Shown here piece by piece: positions 27,401 through 43,100 of a stretch of DNA of 64,000 nucleotides. Origin of the DNA: Eledone cirrhosa (lineage: Eukaryota); contig OZ024741.1 of NCBI GenBank assembly GCA_964016885.1, positions 245,396,001-245,460,000 on the forward strand, in the 5' to 3' direction. The notes beneath the pieces were generated by a model that saw only the letters and a program-made list of their open reading frames with translations, ran no database searches and was not told where the DNA came from. The first letter of the stretch is position 1, and the number at the start of each line of letters is the position of its first letter. The position numbers and the translations under genes were made by a program.

Positions 27401-30400
27401 TAATGGATTTTTAATGGATTTTTAATGGGTTTTTAATGGATTTTTTAATGGATTTTTTTAAATGGATTTTTTTAATGGATTTTTAATGGATTTTTTTTAA
27501 TGGATTTTTTAATGGATTTTTTTATGGATTTTTTTTAATGGATTTTTTTTAATGGATTTTTTAAATGGATTTTTTTAATGGATTTTTTTAATGGGTTTTT
27601 TTTAATGGATTTTTTTTTAATGGATTTTTTAAATGGATTTGTTTTAATGGATTTTTTTTAATGGATTTTTTTTAATGGGTTTTTTAAATGGATTTTTAAT
27701 GGATTTTTAATGGATTTTTAATGGATTTTTAATGGGTTTTTAATGGATTTTTTTAAATGGATTTTTTTAATGGATTTTTAATGGATTTTTTTAAATTGAT
27801 TTTTTTTAATGGATTTTTTTTTAATGGATTTTTTTTTAATGGATTTTTTTTTAATGGTTTTTTTTAATGGGTTTTTTTAATGGATTTTTTAATGGATTTT
27901 TAATGGATTTTTAATGGGTTTTTAATGGATTTTTTTATGGATTTATTTTAATGGATTTTTTTTAATGGATTTTTTAAATTGATTTTTTTAATGGATTTTT
28001 TTAATGGGTTTTTTTTAATGGATTTTTTTTTAATGGATTTTTTAAATGGATTTTTTAATGTATTTTTAATGGATTTTTAATGGATTTTTAATGGGTTTTT
28101 AATGGATTTTTTTAAATGGATTTTTTTAATGGATTTTTAATGGATTTTTTTAATGGATTTTTTTTAATGGGTTTTTTTTAATGGATTTTTTTTTAATGGA
28201 TTTTTTTTAATGGGTTTTTTTTTTAATGGATTTTTTTTAATGGATTTTTTAAATGGATTTTTTTAATGGATTTTTTTTAATGGGTTTTTTTAAAAGGATT
28301 TTTTTAAATGGATTTTTTTTAATGGATTTTTTAAATGAATTTTTTTAATGGGTTTTTTTTTTAATGGATTTTTTTAAATGGATTTTTTAAATGGATTTTT
28401 TTAATGGATTTTTTTAATGGGTTTTTTTAAATGGATTTTTTTAAATGGATTTTTTTTAATGGATTTTTTAAATGAATTTTTTTAATGGATTTTTTTAATG
28501 GGTTTTTTAAATGGATTTTTTAATGGATTTTTAATGGATTTTTAATGGGTTTTTAATGGATTTTTTAATGGATTTTTTGAAATGGATTTTTTTAATGGAT
28601 TTTTAATGGATTTTTTTTAATGGATTTTTTTAATGGATTTTTTAATGGATTTTTTTATGGATTTTTTTTAATGGATTTTTTTTAATGGATTTTTTAAATG
28701 GATTTTTTTAATGGATTTTTTTAATGGGTTTTTTTTTAATGGATTTTTTTTTAATGGATTTTTTAAATGGATTTTTTTAATGGATTTTTTTAAATGGGTT
28801 TTTTAAATGGATTTTTTAATGGATTTTTAATGGATTTTTAATGGATTTTTAATGGGTTTTTAATGGATTTTTTTTAATGGGTTTTTTTAATGGATTTTTA
28901 ATGGATTTTTTTAAATTGATTTTTTTTAATGGATTTTTTTTTTAATGGATTTTTATTTAATGGATTTTTTTTTAATGGATTTTTTTTAATGGGTTTTTTA
29001 AATGGATTTTTTAATGGATTTTTAATGGATTTTTAATGGGTTTTTAATGGATTTTTTTAAATGGATTTTTTAATGGATTTTTAATGGATTTTTTTAAATT
29101 GATTTTTTTAATGGGTTTTTTTTAATGGCTTTTTTTTAATGGGTTTTTTTAATGGCTTTTTTAAATGGATTTTTTTAATGGATTTTTTCAATGGATTTTT
29201 TTTAATGGGTTTTTTAAATGGATTTTTTAATGGATTTTTTTAAATGGATTTTTTTAATGGATTTTTAATGGATTTTTTTAAATTGATTTTTTTTAATGGA
29301 TTTTTTTTAATGGATTTTTTTAATGGGTTTTTTTAATGGGTTTTTTAAATGGATTTTTTAATGGATTTTTAATGGATTTTTAATGGATTTTTAATGGGTT
29401 TTTAATGGATTTTTTAAATGGATTTTTTTAATGGATTTTTTTTAATGGGTTTTTTAAATGGATTTTTTTAATGGATTTTTAATGTATTTTTAATGGATTT
29501 TTAATGGGTTTTTAATGGAATTTTTAAATGGATTTTTTTAATGGATTTTTTAAATTGATTTTTTTTAATGGGTTTTTTTAAATGGATTTTTTTTAATGGA
29601 TTTTTTAAATGGATTTTTTAATGGCTTTTTTTAATGGGTTTTTTAAATGGATTTTTTAATGGATTTTTAATGGATTTTTAATGCATTTTTAATGGATTTT
29701 TAATGGATTTTTTAATGAGTTTTTTAAATGGATTTTTTTAATGGATTTTTAATGGATTTTTTTCTATGGATTTTTTTAATGGATTTTTTTTAATGGATTT
29801 TTTTTTTAATGGATTTTTTTTTAATGGGTTTTTTTAATGGCTTTTTTAAATGGATTTTTTTAATGGATTTTTTTAATGGATTTTTTTAATGGATTTTTTT
29901 AATGGTTTTTTTAAATGGATTTTTTAATGGATTTTTAATGGATTTTTAATGGATTTTTAATGGGTTTTTAATGGATTTTTTTAAATGGATTTTTTTAATG
30001 GATTTTTAATGGATTTTTTTAATGGATTTTTTTTAATGGTTTCTTTTAATGGATTTTTTTTTAATGGATTTTTTTTAATGGGTTTTTTTTAATGGATTTT
30101 TTTTAATGGAATTTTTAAATGGATTTTTTTAATGGATTTTTTTTAATGGGTTTTTTTAAATGGATTTTTTTTAATGGATTTTTTAAATGAATTTTTTTAA
30201 TGGATTTTTTTAATGGGTTTTTTAAATGGATTTTTTAATGGATTTTTAATGGATTATTAATGGGTTTTTAATGGATTTTTTAATGGATTTTTTTAAATGA
30301 ATTTTTTTAATGGATTTTTAATGGATTTTTTTTAATGGATTTTTTTAATGGATTTTTTAATGGATTTTTTTATGGATTTTTTTTAATGGATTTTTTTTAA

Positions 30401-31380
30401 TGGATTTTTTAAATGGATTTTTTTAATGGATTTTTTTAATGGGTTTTTTTAATGGATTTCTTTTTAATGGATTTATTAAATGGATTTTTTTAATGGATTT
30501 TTTTAATGGGTTTTTTAAATGGATTTTTTAATGTATTTTTAATGGATTTTTAATGGATTTTTAATGGGTTTTTAATGGATTTTTTTAAATGGATTTTTTT
30601 AATGGATTTATAATGGATTTTTTTAATGGATTTTTTTTAATGGGTTTTTTTTAATGGATTTTTTTTTTAATGGATTTTTTTTAATGGGTTTTTTTTTTAA
30701 TGGATTTTTTTTAATGGATTTTTTAAATGGATTTTTTTAATGGATTTTTTTTAATGGGTTTTTTTAAATGGATTTTTTTAAATGGATTTTTTTTAATGGA
30801 TTTTTTAAATGAATTTTTTTAATGGATTTTTTTAATGGGTTTTTTAAATGGATTTTTTAATGGATTTTTAATGGATTTTTAATGGGTTTTTAATGGATTT
30901 TTTAATGGATTTTTTTAAATGGATTTTTTAAATGGATTTTTAATGGATTTTTTTTAATGGATTTTTTAATGGATTTTTTTATGGATTTTTTTTAATGGAT
31001 TTTTTTTAATGGATTTTTTAAATGGATTTTTTTAATGGATTTTTTTAATGGGTTTTTTTTAATGGATTTTTTTTTAATGGATTTTTTAAATGGATTTGTT
31101 TTAATGGATTTTTTTTAATGGGTTTTTTAAATGGATTTTTAATGGATTTTTAATGGATTTTTAATGGATTTTTAATGGGTTTTTAATGGATTTTTTTAAA
31201 TGGATTTTTTTAATGGATTTTTAATGGATTTTTTTAAATTGATTTTTTTTAATGGATTTTTTTTTAATGGATTTTTTTTTAATGGATTTTTTTTTAATGG
31301 TTTTTTTTAATGGGTTTTTTTAATGGATTTTTTAATGGATTTTTAATGGATTTTTAATGGGTTTTTAATGGATTTTTTTA
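24480..31380 (+). repeat. Higher-order tandem duplication, offset 3,456 bp (sub-family B)
   Basis: TATGGATTTATTTT 24490/27945, AAAAGGA 24836/28292, AATGAG 26262/29718, TTCTATGG 26308/29764, GGATTATT 26800/30256, GGATTTATTAAA 27019/30475. Confidence 0.9.
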
Positions 31381-34300
31381 AATGGATTTTTTTAATGGAT
31401 TTTTAATGGATTTTTTTAAATTGATTTTTTTAATGGGTTTTTTTAATGGCTTTTTTTAATGGGTTTTTTTAATGGCTTTTTTAAATGGATTTTTTTAATG
31501 GATTTTTTTAATGGATTTTTTTAATGGGTTTTTTAAATGGATTTTTTAATGGATTTTTTTAAATGGATTTTTTTAATGGATTTTTAATGGATTTTTTTAA
31601 ATTGATTTTTTTTAATGGATTTTTTTAATGGATTTTTTTTTTAATGGATTTTTTTAATGGGTTTTTTAAATGGATTTTTTAATGGATTTTTAATGGATTT
31701 TTAATGGATTTTTAATGGGTTTTTAATGGATTTTTAAATGGATTTTTTTAATGGATTTTTTTTAATGGGTTTTTTAAATGGATTTTTTTAATGGATTTTT
31801 AATGGATTTTTAATGGATTTTTAATGGGTTTTTAATGGATTTTTTAAATGGATTTTTTTATTGGATTTTTAATGGATTTTTTAAATTGATTTTTTTTAAT
31901 GGGTATTTTTAAATGGATTTTTTTTAATGGATTTTTTAAATGGATTTTTTAATGGCTTTTTTAAATGGGTTTTTTAAATGGATTTTTTAATGGATTTTTA
32001 ATGGATTTTTAATGGATTTTTAATGGATTTTTAATAGATTTTTTAATGACTTTTTTAAATGGATTTTTTTAATGGATTTTTAATGGATTTTTTTTAATGG
32101 ATTTTTTTTAATGGATTTTTTTTAATGGATTTTTTTTTTTTAATGGATTTTTTTTTAATGGGTTTTTTTAATGGCTTTTTTAAATGGATTTTTTTAATGG
32201 ATTTTTTTAATGGGTTTTTTAAATGGATTTTTTAATGGATTTTTAATGGATTTTTAATGGATTTTTAATGGGTTTTTAATGGATTTTTTTTAAATGGATT
32301 TTTTTAATGGATTTTTAATGGATTTTTTTAATGGATTTTTTTTAATGAGTTTTTTTTAATGGATTTTTTTTTAATGGATTTTTTTTAATGGGTTTTTTAA
32401 TGGATTTTTTTAATGGATTTTTTAAATGGATTTTTTTAATGGATTTTTTTTAATGGGTTTTTTTAAATGGATTTTTTTTAATGGATTTTTTAAATGAATT
32501 TTTTTAATGGATTTTTTTAATCGGTTTTTTAAATGGATTTTTTAATGGATTTTTAATGGATTTTAATGGGTTTTTAATGGATTTTTTAATGGATTTTTTT
32601 AAATGGATTTTTTTAATGGATTTTTAATGGATTTTTTTTAATGGATTTTTTTAATGGATTTTTTAATGGATTTTTTTATGGATTTTTTTTAATGGATTTT
32701 TTTTAATGGATTTTTTAAATGGATTTTTTTAATGGATTTTTTTAATGGGTTTTTTTTAATGGATTTTTTTTTAATGGATTTTTTAAATGAATTTTTTTAA
32801 TGGATTTTTTTAATGGGTTTTTTAAATGGATTTTTTTATGGATTTTTAATGGATTTTTAATGGGTTTTTAATGGATTTTTTAATGGATTTTTTTAAATGG
32901 ATTTTTATAATGGATTTTTAATGGATTTTTTTTAATGGATTTTTTTAATGGATTTTTTAATGGATTTTTTTATGGATTTATTTTAATGGATTTTTTTTAA
33001 TGGATTTTTTAAATTGATTTTTTTAATGGATTTTTTTAATGGGTTTTTTTTAATGGATTTTTTTTTAATGGATTTTTTAAATGGATTTTTTAATGTATTT
33101 TTAATGGATTTTTAATGGATTTTTAATGGGTTTTTAATGGATTTTTTTAAATGGATTTTTTTAATGGATTTTTAATGGATTTTTTTAATGGATTTTTTTT
33201 AATGGGTTTTTTTTAATGGATTTTTTTTTAATGGATTTTTTTTAATGGGTTTTTTTTTTAATGGATTTTTTTTAATGGATTTTTTAAATGGATTTTTTTA
33301 ATGGATTTTTTTTAATGGGTTTTTTTAAATGGATTTTTTTAAATGGATTTTTTTTAATGGATTTTTTAAATGAATTTTTTTAATGGGTTTTTTTTTTAAT
33401 GGATTTTTTTAAATGGATTTTTTAAATGGATTTTTTTAATGGATTTTTTTAATGGGTTTTTTTAAATGGATTTTTTTAAATGGATTTTTTTTAATGGATT
33501 TTTTAAATGAATTTTTTTAATGGATTTTTTTAATGTGTTTTTTAAATGGATTTTTTAATGGATTTTTAATGGATTTTTAATGGGTTTTTAATGGATTTTT
33601 TAATGGATTTTTTGAAATGGATTTTTTTAATGGATTTTTAATGGATTTTTTTTAATGGATTTTTTTAATGGATTTTTTAATGGATTTTTTTATGGATTTT
33701 TTTTAATGGATTTTTTTTAATGGATTTTTTAAATGGATTTTTTTAATGGATTTTTTTAATGGGTTTTTTTTTAATGGATTTTTTTTTAATGGATTTTTTA
33801 AATGGATTTTTTTAATGGATTTTTTTTAATGGGTTTTTTAAATGGATTTTTTAATGGATTTTTAATGGATTTTTAATGGATTTTTAATGGGTTTTTAATG
33901 GATTTTTTTTAATGGGTTTTTTTAATGGATTTTTAATGGATTTTTTTAAATTGATTTTTTTTAATGGATTTTTTTTTTTATGGATTTTTATTTAATGGAT
34001 TTTTTTTTAATGGATTTTTTTTAATGGGTTTTTTAAATGGATTTTTTAATGGATTTTTAATGGATTTTTAATGGGTTTTTAATGGATTTTTTTAAATGGA
34101 TTTTTTAATGGATTTTTAATGGATTTTTTTAAATTGATTTTTTTAATGGGTTTTTTTTAATGGCTTTTTTTTAATGGGTTTTTTTAATGGCTTTTTTAAA
34201 TGGATTTTTTTAATGGATTTTTTCAATGGATTTTTTTTAATGGGTTTTTTAAATGGATTTTTTAATGGATTTTTTTAAATGGATTTTTTTAATGGATTTT

Positions 34301-37300
34301 TAATGGATTTTTTTAAATTGATTTTTTTTAATGGATTTTTTTTAATGGATTTTTTTAATGGGTTTTTTTAATGGGTTTTTTAAATGGATTTTTTAATGGA
34401 TTTTTAATGGATTTTTAATGGATTTTTAATGGGTTTTTAATGGATTTTTTAAATGGATTTTTTTAATGGATTTTTTTTAATGGGTTTTTTAAATGGATTT
34501 TTTTAATGGATTTTTAATGTATTTTTAATGGATTTTTAATGGGTTTTTAATGGATTTTTTAAATGGATTTTTTTAATGGATTTTTTAAATTGATTTTTTT
34601 TAATGGGTTTTTTTAAATGGATTTTTTTTAATGGATTTTTTAAATGGATTTTTTAATGGCTTTTTTTAATGGGTTTTTTAAATGGATTTTTTAATGGATT
34701 TTTAATGGATTTTTAATGCATTTTTAATGGATTTTTAATGGATTTTTTAATGAGTTTTTTAAATGGATTTTTTTAATGGATTTTTAATGGATTTTTTTCT
34801 ATGGATTTTTTTAATGGATTTTTTTTAATGGATTTTTTTTTTAATGGATTTTTTTTTAATGGGTTTTTTTAATGGCTTTTTTAAATGGATTTTTTTAATG
34901 GATTTTTTTAATGGATTTTTTTAATGGATTTTTTTAATGGTTTTTTTAAATGGATTTTTTAATGGATTTTTAATGGATTTTTAATGGATTTTTAATGGGT
35001 TTTTAATGGATTTTTTTAAATGGATTTTTTTAATGGATTTTTAATGGATTTTTTTAATGGATTTTTTTTAATGGTTTCTTTTAATGGATTTTTTTTTAAT
35101 GGATTTTTTTTAATGGGTTTTTTTTAATGGATTTTTTTTAATGGAATTTTTAAATGGATTTTTTTAATGGATTTTTTTTAATGGGTTTTTTTAAATGGAT
35201 TTTTTTTAATGGATTTTTTAAATGAATTTTTTTAATGGATTTTTTTAATGGGTTTTTTAAATGGATTTTTTAATGGATTTTTAATGGATTATTAATGGGT
35301 TTTTAATGGATTTTTTAATGGATTTTTTTAAATGAATTTTTTTAATGGATTTTTAATGGATTTTTTTTAATGGATTTTTTTAATGGATTTTTTAATGGAT
35401 TTTTTTAAGGATTTTTTTTAATGGATTTTTTTTAATGGATTTTTTAAATGGATTTTTTTAATGGATTTTTTTAATGGGTTTTTTTAATGGATTTCTTTTT
35501 AATGGATTTATTAAATGGATTTTTTTAATGGATTTTTTTAATGGGTTTTTTAAATGGATTTTTTAATGTATTTTTAATGGATTTTTAATGGATTTTTAAT
35601 GGGTTTTTAATGGATTTTTTTAAATGGATTTTTTTAATGGATTTATAATGGATTTTTTTAATGGATTTTTTTTAATGGGTTTTTTTTAATGGATTTTTTT
35701 TTAATTGATTTTTTTTAATGGGTTTTTTTTTTAATGGATTTTTTTTAATGGATTTTTTAAATGGATATTTTTAATGGATTTTTTTTAATGGGTTTTTTTT
35801 AATGGATTTTTTAATGGATTTTTTTAAATGGATTTTTTTAATGGATTTTTAATGGATTTTTTTTAATGGATTTTTTAATGGATTTTTTAATGGATTTTTT
35901 TTAATGGATTTTTTTTAATGGATTTTTTAAATGGATTTTTTTAATGGATTTTTTTAATGGGTTTTTTTAATGGATTTTTTTTTAATGGATTTTTTAAATG
36001 GATTTGTTTTAATGGATTTTTTTAATGGGTTTTTTAAATGGATTTTTAATGGATTTTTAATGGATTTTTAATGGATTTTTAATGGGTTTTTAATGGATTT
36101 TTTTAAATGGATTTTTTTAATGGATTTTTAATGGATTTTTTTAAATTGATTTTTTTTAATGGATTTTTTTTAATGGATTTTTTTTTAATGGATTTTTTTT
36201 AATGGTTTTTTTTAATGGGTTTTTTTAATGGATTTTTTAATGGATTTTTAATGGATTTTTAATGGGTTTTTAATGGATTTTTTTAAATGGATTTTTTTAA
36301 TGGATTTTTAATGGATTTTTTTAAATTGATTTTTTTAATGGGTTTTTTTAATGGCTTTTTTTAATGGGTTTTTTTAATGGCTTTTTTAAATGGATTTTTT
36401 TAATGGATTTTTTTAATGGATTTTTTTAATGGGTTTTTTAAATGGATTTTTTAATGGATTTTTTTAAATGGATTTTTTTAATGGATTTTTAATGGATTTT
36501 TTTAAATTGATTTTTTTTAATGGATTTTTTTTATTGGATTTTTTTTTTAATGGATTTTTTTAATGGGTTTTTTAAATGGATTTTTTAATGGATTTTTAAT
36601 GGATTTTTAATGGATTTTTAATGGGTTTTTAATGGATTTTTAAATGGATTTTTTTAATGGATTTTTTTTAATGGGTTTTTTAAATGGATTTTTTTAATGG
36701 ATTTTTAATGGATTTTTAATGGATTTTTAATGGGTTTTTAATGGATTTTTTAAATGGATTTTTTTATTGGATTTTTAATGGATTTTTTAAATTGATTTTT
36801 TTTAATGGGTATTTTTAAATGGATTTTTTTTAATGGATTTTTTAAATGGATTTTTTAATGGCTTTTTTAAATGGGTTTTTTAAATGGATTTTTTAATGGA
36901 TTTTTAATGGATTTTTAATGGATTTTTAATGGATTTTTAATAGATTTTTTAATGACTTTTTTAAATGGATTTTTTTAATGGATTTTTAATGGATTTTTTT
37001 TAATGGATTTTTTTTAATGGATTTTTTTTAATGGATTTTTTTTTTTTAATGGATTTTTTTTTAATGGGTTTTTTTAATGGCTTTTTTAAATGGATTTTTT
37101 TAATGGATTTCTTTTAATGGGTTTTTTAAATGGATTTTTTAATGGATTTTTAATGGATTTTTAATGGATTTTTAATGGGTTTTTAATGGATTTTTTTTAA
37201 ATGGATTTTTTTAATGGATTTTTAATGGATTTTTTTAATGGATTTTTTTTAATGAGTTTTTTTTAATGGATTTTTTTTTAATGGATTTTTTTTAATGGGT

Positions 37301-37690
37301 TTTTTAATGGATTTTTTTAATGGATTTTTTAAATGGATTTTTTTAATGGATTTTTTTTAATGGGTTTTTTTAAATGGATTTTTTTTAATGGATTTTTTAA
37401 ATGAATTTTTTTAATGGATTTTTTTAATCGGTTTTTTAAATGGATTTTTTAATGGATTTTTAATGGATTTTAATGGGTTTTTAATGGATTTTTTAATGGA
37501 TTTTTTTAAATGGATTTTTTTAATGGATTTTTAATGGATTTTTTTTAATGGATTTTTTTAATGGATTTTTTAATGGATTTTTTTATGGATTTTTTTTAAT
37601 GGATTTTTTTTAATGGATTTTTTAAATGGATTTTTTTAATGGATTTTTTTAATGGGTTTTTTTTAATGGATTTTTTTTTAATGGATTTTT
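27940..37690 (+). repeat. Higher-order duplication, offset ~5,035 bp, falling to ~4,907 bp after a ~128-bp deletion near 35.8 kb
   Basis: TATGGATTTATTTT 27945/32980, AATGAG 29718/34753, GGATTATT 30256/35291, AATCGG 32522/37429. Confidence 0.85.
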
Positions 37691-38429
37691 TAAATGGATT
37701 TTTTTAATGGATTTTTTTTAATGGGTTTTTTAAATGGATTTTTTTATGGATTTTTAATGGATTTTTAATGGATTTTTAATGGGTTTTTAATGGATTTTTT
37801 TAAATGGATTTTTTTAATGGATTTTTAATGGATTTTTTTAAATTGATTTTTTTTAGTGGATTTTTTTTTAATGGATTTTTTTTTAATGGATTTTTTTTTA
37901 ATGGATTTTTTTTAATGGGTTTTTTAAATGGATTTTTTAATGGATTTTTAATGGATTTTTAATGGGTTTTTAATGGATTTTTTTAAATGGATTTTTTTAA
38001 TGGATTTTTAATGGATTTTTTTAAATTGATTTTTTTAATGGGTTTTTTTTTAATGGCTTTTTTTTAATGGGTTTTTTTAATGGCTTTTTTAAATGGATTT
38101 TTTTAATGGATTTTTTTAATGGATTTTTTTTAATGGGTTTTTTAAATGGATTTTTTAATGGATTTTTTTAAATGGATTTTTTTAATGGATTTTTAATGGA
38201 TTTTTTTAAATTGATTTTTTTTGGATTTTTTTTAATGGATTTTTTTTTTTATGGATTTTTTTAATGGGTTTTTTTAATGGCTTTTTTAAATGGATTTTTT
38301 AATGGATTTTTTTAATGGATTTTTCTTAATGGGTTTTTTAAATGGATTTTTTAATGGATTTTTAATGGATTTTTAATGGATTTTTAATGGGTTTTTAATG
38401 GATTTTTTAAATGGATTTTTTTAATGGAT

Positions 38430-40100
38430 TTTTTTTAATGGGTTTTTAAATGGATTTTTTTAATGGATTTTTAATGGATTTTTAATGGATTTTTAATGGG
38501 TTTTTAATGGATTTTTTAAATGGATTTTTTTAATGGATTTTTAATGGATTTTTTAAATTGATTTTTTTTAATGGGTTTTTTTAAATGGATTTTTTTTAAT
38601 GGATTTTTTAAATGGATTTTATAATGGCTTTTTTTAATGGGTTTTTTAAATAGATTTTTTAATGAATTTTTAATGGATTTTTAATGGATTTTTAATGGAT
38701 TTTTAATGGATTTTTTAATGACTTTTTTTAAATGGATTTTTTTAATGGATTTTTAATGGATTTTTTTTAATGGATTTTTTTTAATGGATTTTTTTAATGG
38801 ATTTTTTTTTTTTTTATGGATTTTTTTTAATGGGTTTTTTTAATGGCTTTTTTAAATGGATTTTTTTAATGGATTTTTTTAATGGATTTTTTAAATGGGT
38901 TTTTTAAATGGATTTTTTAATGTATTTTTAATGGATTTTTAATGGATTTTTAATGGTTTTTTAATGGATTTTTAATGGATTTTTTTAATGGATTTTTAAT
39001 GGATTTTTTTAATGGATTTTTTTTAATGGGTTTTTTTAATGGATTTTTTTTAATGAATTTTTTTTAATGGGTTTTTTTTTAATGGATTTTTTTTAATGGA
39101 TTTTTTAAATGGATTTTTTTAATGGGTTTTTTTATAGGGTTTTTTTAAATGGATTTTTTTAAATGGATTTTTTAAATGAATTTTTTTAATGGATTTTTTT
39201 TAATGGGTTTTTTAAATGGATTTTTTAATGGATTTTTAATGGATTTTTAATGGGTTTTTAATGGATTTTTTAATGGATTTTTTTAAATGGATTTTTTTAA
39301 TGGATTTTTAATGGATTTGTTTTAATGGATTTTTTTAATGGATTTTTTAATGGATTTTTTTATGGATTTTTTTTAATGGATTTTTTTTAATGGATTTTTT
39401 AAATGGATTTTTTTAATGGATTTTTTTAATGGATTTTTTTTAATGGGTTTTTTTAAATGGATTTTTTTTAATGGATTTTTTAAATTAATTTTTTTAATGG
39501 ATTTTTTTAATGGGTTTTTTTAAATGGATTTTTTTTAATGGATTTTTTAAATGAATTTTTTTAATGGATTTTTTTAATGGGTTTTTTAAATGGATTTTTT
39601 AATGGATTTTTAATGGATTTTTAATGGGTTTTTAATGGATTTTTTAATGGATTTTTTTAAATGGATTTTTATAATGGATTTTTAATGGATTTTTTTTAAT
39701 GGATTTTTTTAATGGATTTTTTAATGGATTTTTTTATGGATTTATTTTAATGGATTTTTTTTAATGGATTTTTTAAATTGATTTTTTTAATGGATTTTTT
39801 TAATGGGTTTTTTTTAATGGATTTTTTTTTAATGGATTTTTTAAATGGATTTTTTAATGTATTTTTAATGGATTTTTAATGGATTTTTAATGGGTTTTTA
39901 ATGGATTTTTTTAAATGGATTTTTTTAATGGATTTTTAATGGATTTTTTTAATGGATTTTTTTTAATGGGTTTTTTTTAATGGATTTTTTTTTAATGGAT
40001 TTTTTTTAATGGGTTTTTTTTTTAATGGATTTTTTTTAATGGATTTTTTAAATGGATTTTTTTAATGGATTTTTTTTAATGGGTTTTTTAAAATGGATTT
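38430..40100 (+). repeat. Distant copy of the ~23.2-24.85 kb block, offset ~15,253 bp
   Basis: GGATTTTATAATGGC 23369/38621, GATTTGTTTT 24066/39319, AAATTAATTT 24231/39485, TATGGATTTATTTT 24490/39744. Confidence 0.82.
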
Positions 40101-43100
40101 TTTTAAATGGATTTTTTTTAATGGATTTTTTAAATGAATTTTTTTAATGGATTTTTTTAATGGGTTTTTTAAATGGATTTTTTAATGGATTTTTAATGGA
40201 TTTTTAATGGGTTTTTAATGGATTTTTTAATGGATTTTTTTAAATGGATTTTTTTAATGGATTTTTAATGGATTTTTTTTAATGGATTTTTTTAATGGAT
40301 TTTTTAATGGATTTTTTTTAATGGGTTTTTTTAAATGGATTTTTTTTAATGGATTTTTTAAATTAATTTTTTTAATGGATTTTTTTAATGGGTTTTTTTA
40401 AATGGATTTTTTTTAATGGATTTTTTAAATGAATTTTTTTAATGGATTTTTTTAATGGGTTTTTTAAATGGATTTTTTAATGGATTTTTAATGGATTTTT
40501 AATGGGTTTTTAATTGGATTTTTTAATGGATTTTTTTAAATGGATTTTTATAATGGATTTTTAATGGATTTTTTTTAATGGATTTTTTTAATGGATTTTT
40601 TAATGGATTTTTTTATGGATTTTTTTTAATGGATTTTTTTTAATGGATTTTTTAAATGGATTTTTTAAATGTATTTTTTTAATGGATTTTTTTAATGGAT
40701 TTCTTTTTAATGGATTTTTTAAATGGATTTTTTTAATGGATTTTTTTAATGGGTTTTTTAAATGGATTTTTTAATGTATTTTTAATGGATTTTTAATGGA
40801 TTTTTAATGGGTTTTTAATGGATTTTTTTAAATGGATTTTTTTAATTGATTTTTAATGGATTTTTTTAATGGATTTTTTTTAATGGGTTTTTTTTTAATG
40901 GATTTTTTTTAATGGATTTTTTTTTTAATGGATTTTTTTTAATGGATTTTTTAAATGGATTTTTTTAATGGATTTTTTTTAATGGGTTTTTTTTTTATGG
41001 ATTTTTTTTAATGGATTTTTAATGGATTTTTTAATGACTTTTTTTAAATGTATTTTTTTAATGGATTTTTAATGGATTTTTTTTAATGGATTTTTTTTTT
41101 TTAATGGATTTTTTTTAATGGGTTTTTTTAATGGCTTTTTTAAATGGATTTTTTTAATGGATTTTTTTAATGGATTTTTTTAATGGGTTTTTTAAATGGA
41201 TTTTTTACTGGATTTTTAATGGATTTTTAATGGATTTTTTATGGGTTTTTAATGGATTTTTTTAATGGATTTTTTTAATGGATTTTTAACGGATTTTTTT
41301 AATGGATTTTTTTTAATGGGTTTTTTTTAATGGATTTTTTTTTAATGGATTTTTTTTAATGGGTTTTTTTAATGGATTTTTTTTAATGGATTTTTTAAAT
41401 GGATTTTTTTAATGGATTTTTTTTAATGGGTTTTTTTAAATGGATTTTTTTTAATGGATTTTTTTAATGAATTTTTTTAATGGATTTTTTTAATGGGTTT
41501 TTTAAATGGATTTTTTAATGGATTTTTAATGGATTTTTAATGGGTTTTTAATGGATTTTTTAATGGATTTTTTTAAATGGATTTTTTTAATGGATTTTTA
41601 ATGGATTTTTTTTAATGGATTTTTTTAATGGATTTTTTAATGGATTTTTTTATGGATTTTTTTTAATGGTTTTTTTTAATGGATTTTTTAAATGGATTTT
41701 TTTAATGGATTTTGTTAATGGTTTTTTTTAATGTTTTTTTTTAATGGATTTTTAAATGGATTTTTTTAATGGATTTTTTTTAATGGGTTTTTTAAATGGA
41801 TTTTTTAATGGATTTTTAATGGATTTTTAATGGATTTTTAATGGGTTTTTAATGGATTTTTTTAAATGGATTTTTTTAATGGATTTTTAATGGATTTTTT
41901 TTAATGGATTTTTTTTTTAATGGATTTTTTTTTAATGGATTTTTTTTTTAATGGATTTTTTTTAATGGGTTTTTTAAATGGATTTTTTAATGGATTTTTA
42001 ATGGATTTTTAATGGGTTTTTAATGGATTTTTTTAAATGGATTTTTTTAATGGATTTTTAATGGATTTTTTTAAATTGATTTTTTTAATGGGTTTTTTTA
42101 ATGGCTTTTTTTAAATGGGTTTTTTTAATGGCTTTTTTAAATGGATTTTTTTAATGGATTTTTTTAATGGATTTTTTTTAATGGGTTTTTTAAATGGATT
42201 TTTTAATGGATTTTTTTTAATGGATTTTTTTAATGGATTTTTAATGGATTTTTTTAAATTGATTTTTTTTAATGGATTTTTTTAATGGATTTTTTTTTTA
42301 ATGGATTTTTTTAATGGGTTTTTTTAATGGCTTTTTTAAATGGATTTTTTAAATGGATTTTTTTAATGGATTTTTTTGAATAGGTTTTTTAAATGGATTT
42401 TTAATGGATTTTTAATGGATTTTTAATGGGTTTTTAATGGATTTTTTAAATGGATTTTTAATGGATTTTTTAAATTGATTTTTTTTAATGGGTTTTTTTA
42501 AATGGATTTTTTTTAATGGATTTTTTAATGGCTTTTTTTAATGGGTTTTTTAAATGGATTTTTTAATGGATTTTTAATGGATTTTTTTTTTTTAATGGAT
42601 TTTTTTTAATGGGTTTTTTAATGGCTTTTTTAAATGGATTTTTTTAATGGATTTTTTTAATGGATTTTTTTAATGGATTTTTTTAATGGGTTTTTTAAAT
42701 GGATTTTTTAATGGATTTTTAATGGATTTTTTAATGGATTTTTAATGGATTTTTAATGGGTTTTTAATGGATTTTTTAATGGATTTTTTTAAATGAATTT
42801 TTTTAATGGATTTTTAATGGATTTTTTTTAATGGATTTTTTTAATGGATTTTTTAATGGATTTTTTTATGGATTTTTTTTAATGGATTTTTTTTAATGGA
42901 TTTTTTAAATGGATTTTTTTAATGGATTTTTTTAATGGGTTTTTTTAATGGATTTCTTTTTAATGGATTTATTAAATGGATTTTTTTAATGGATTTTTTT
43001 AATGGGTTTTTAAATGGATTTTTTAATGTATTTTTAATGGATTTTTAATGGATTTTTAATGGGTTTTTAATGGATTTTTTTAAATGGATTTTTTTAATGG

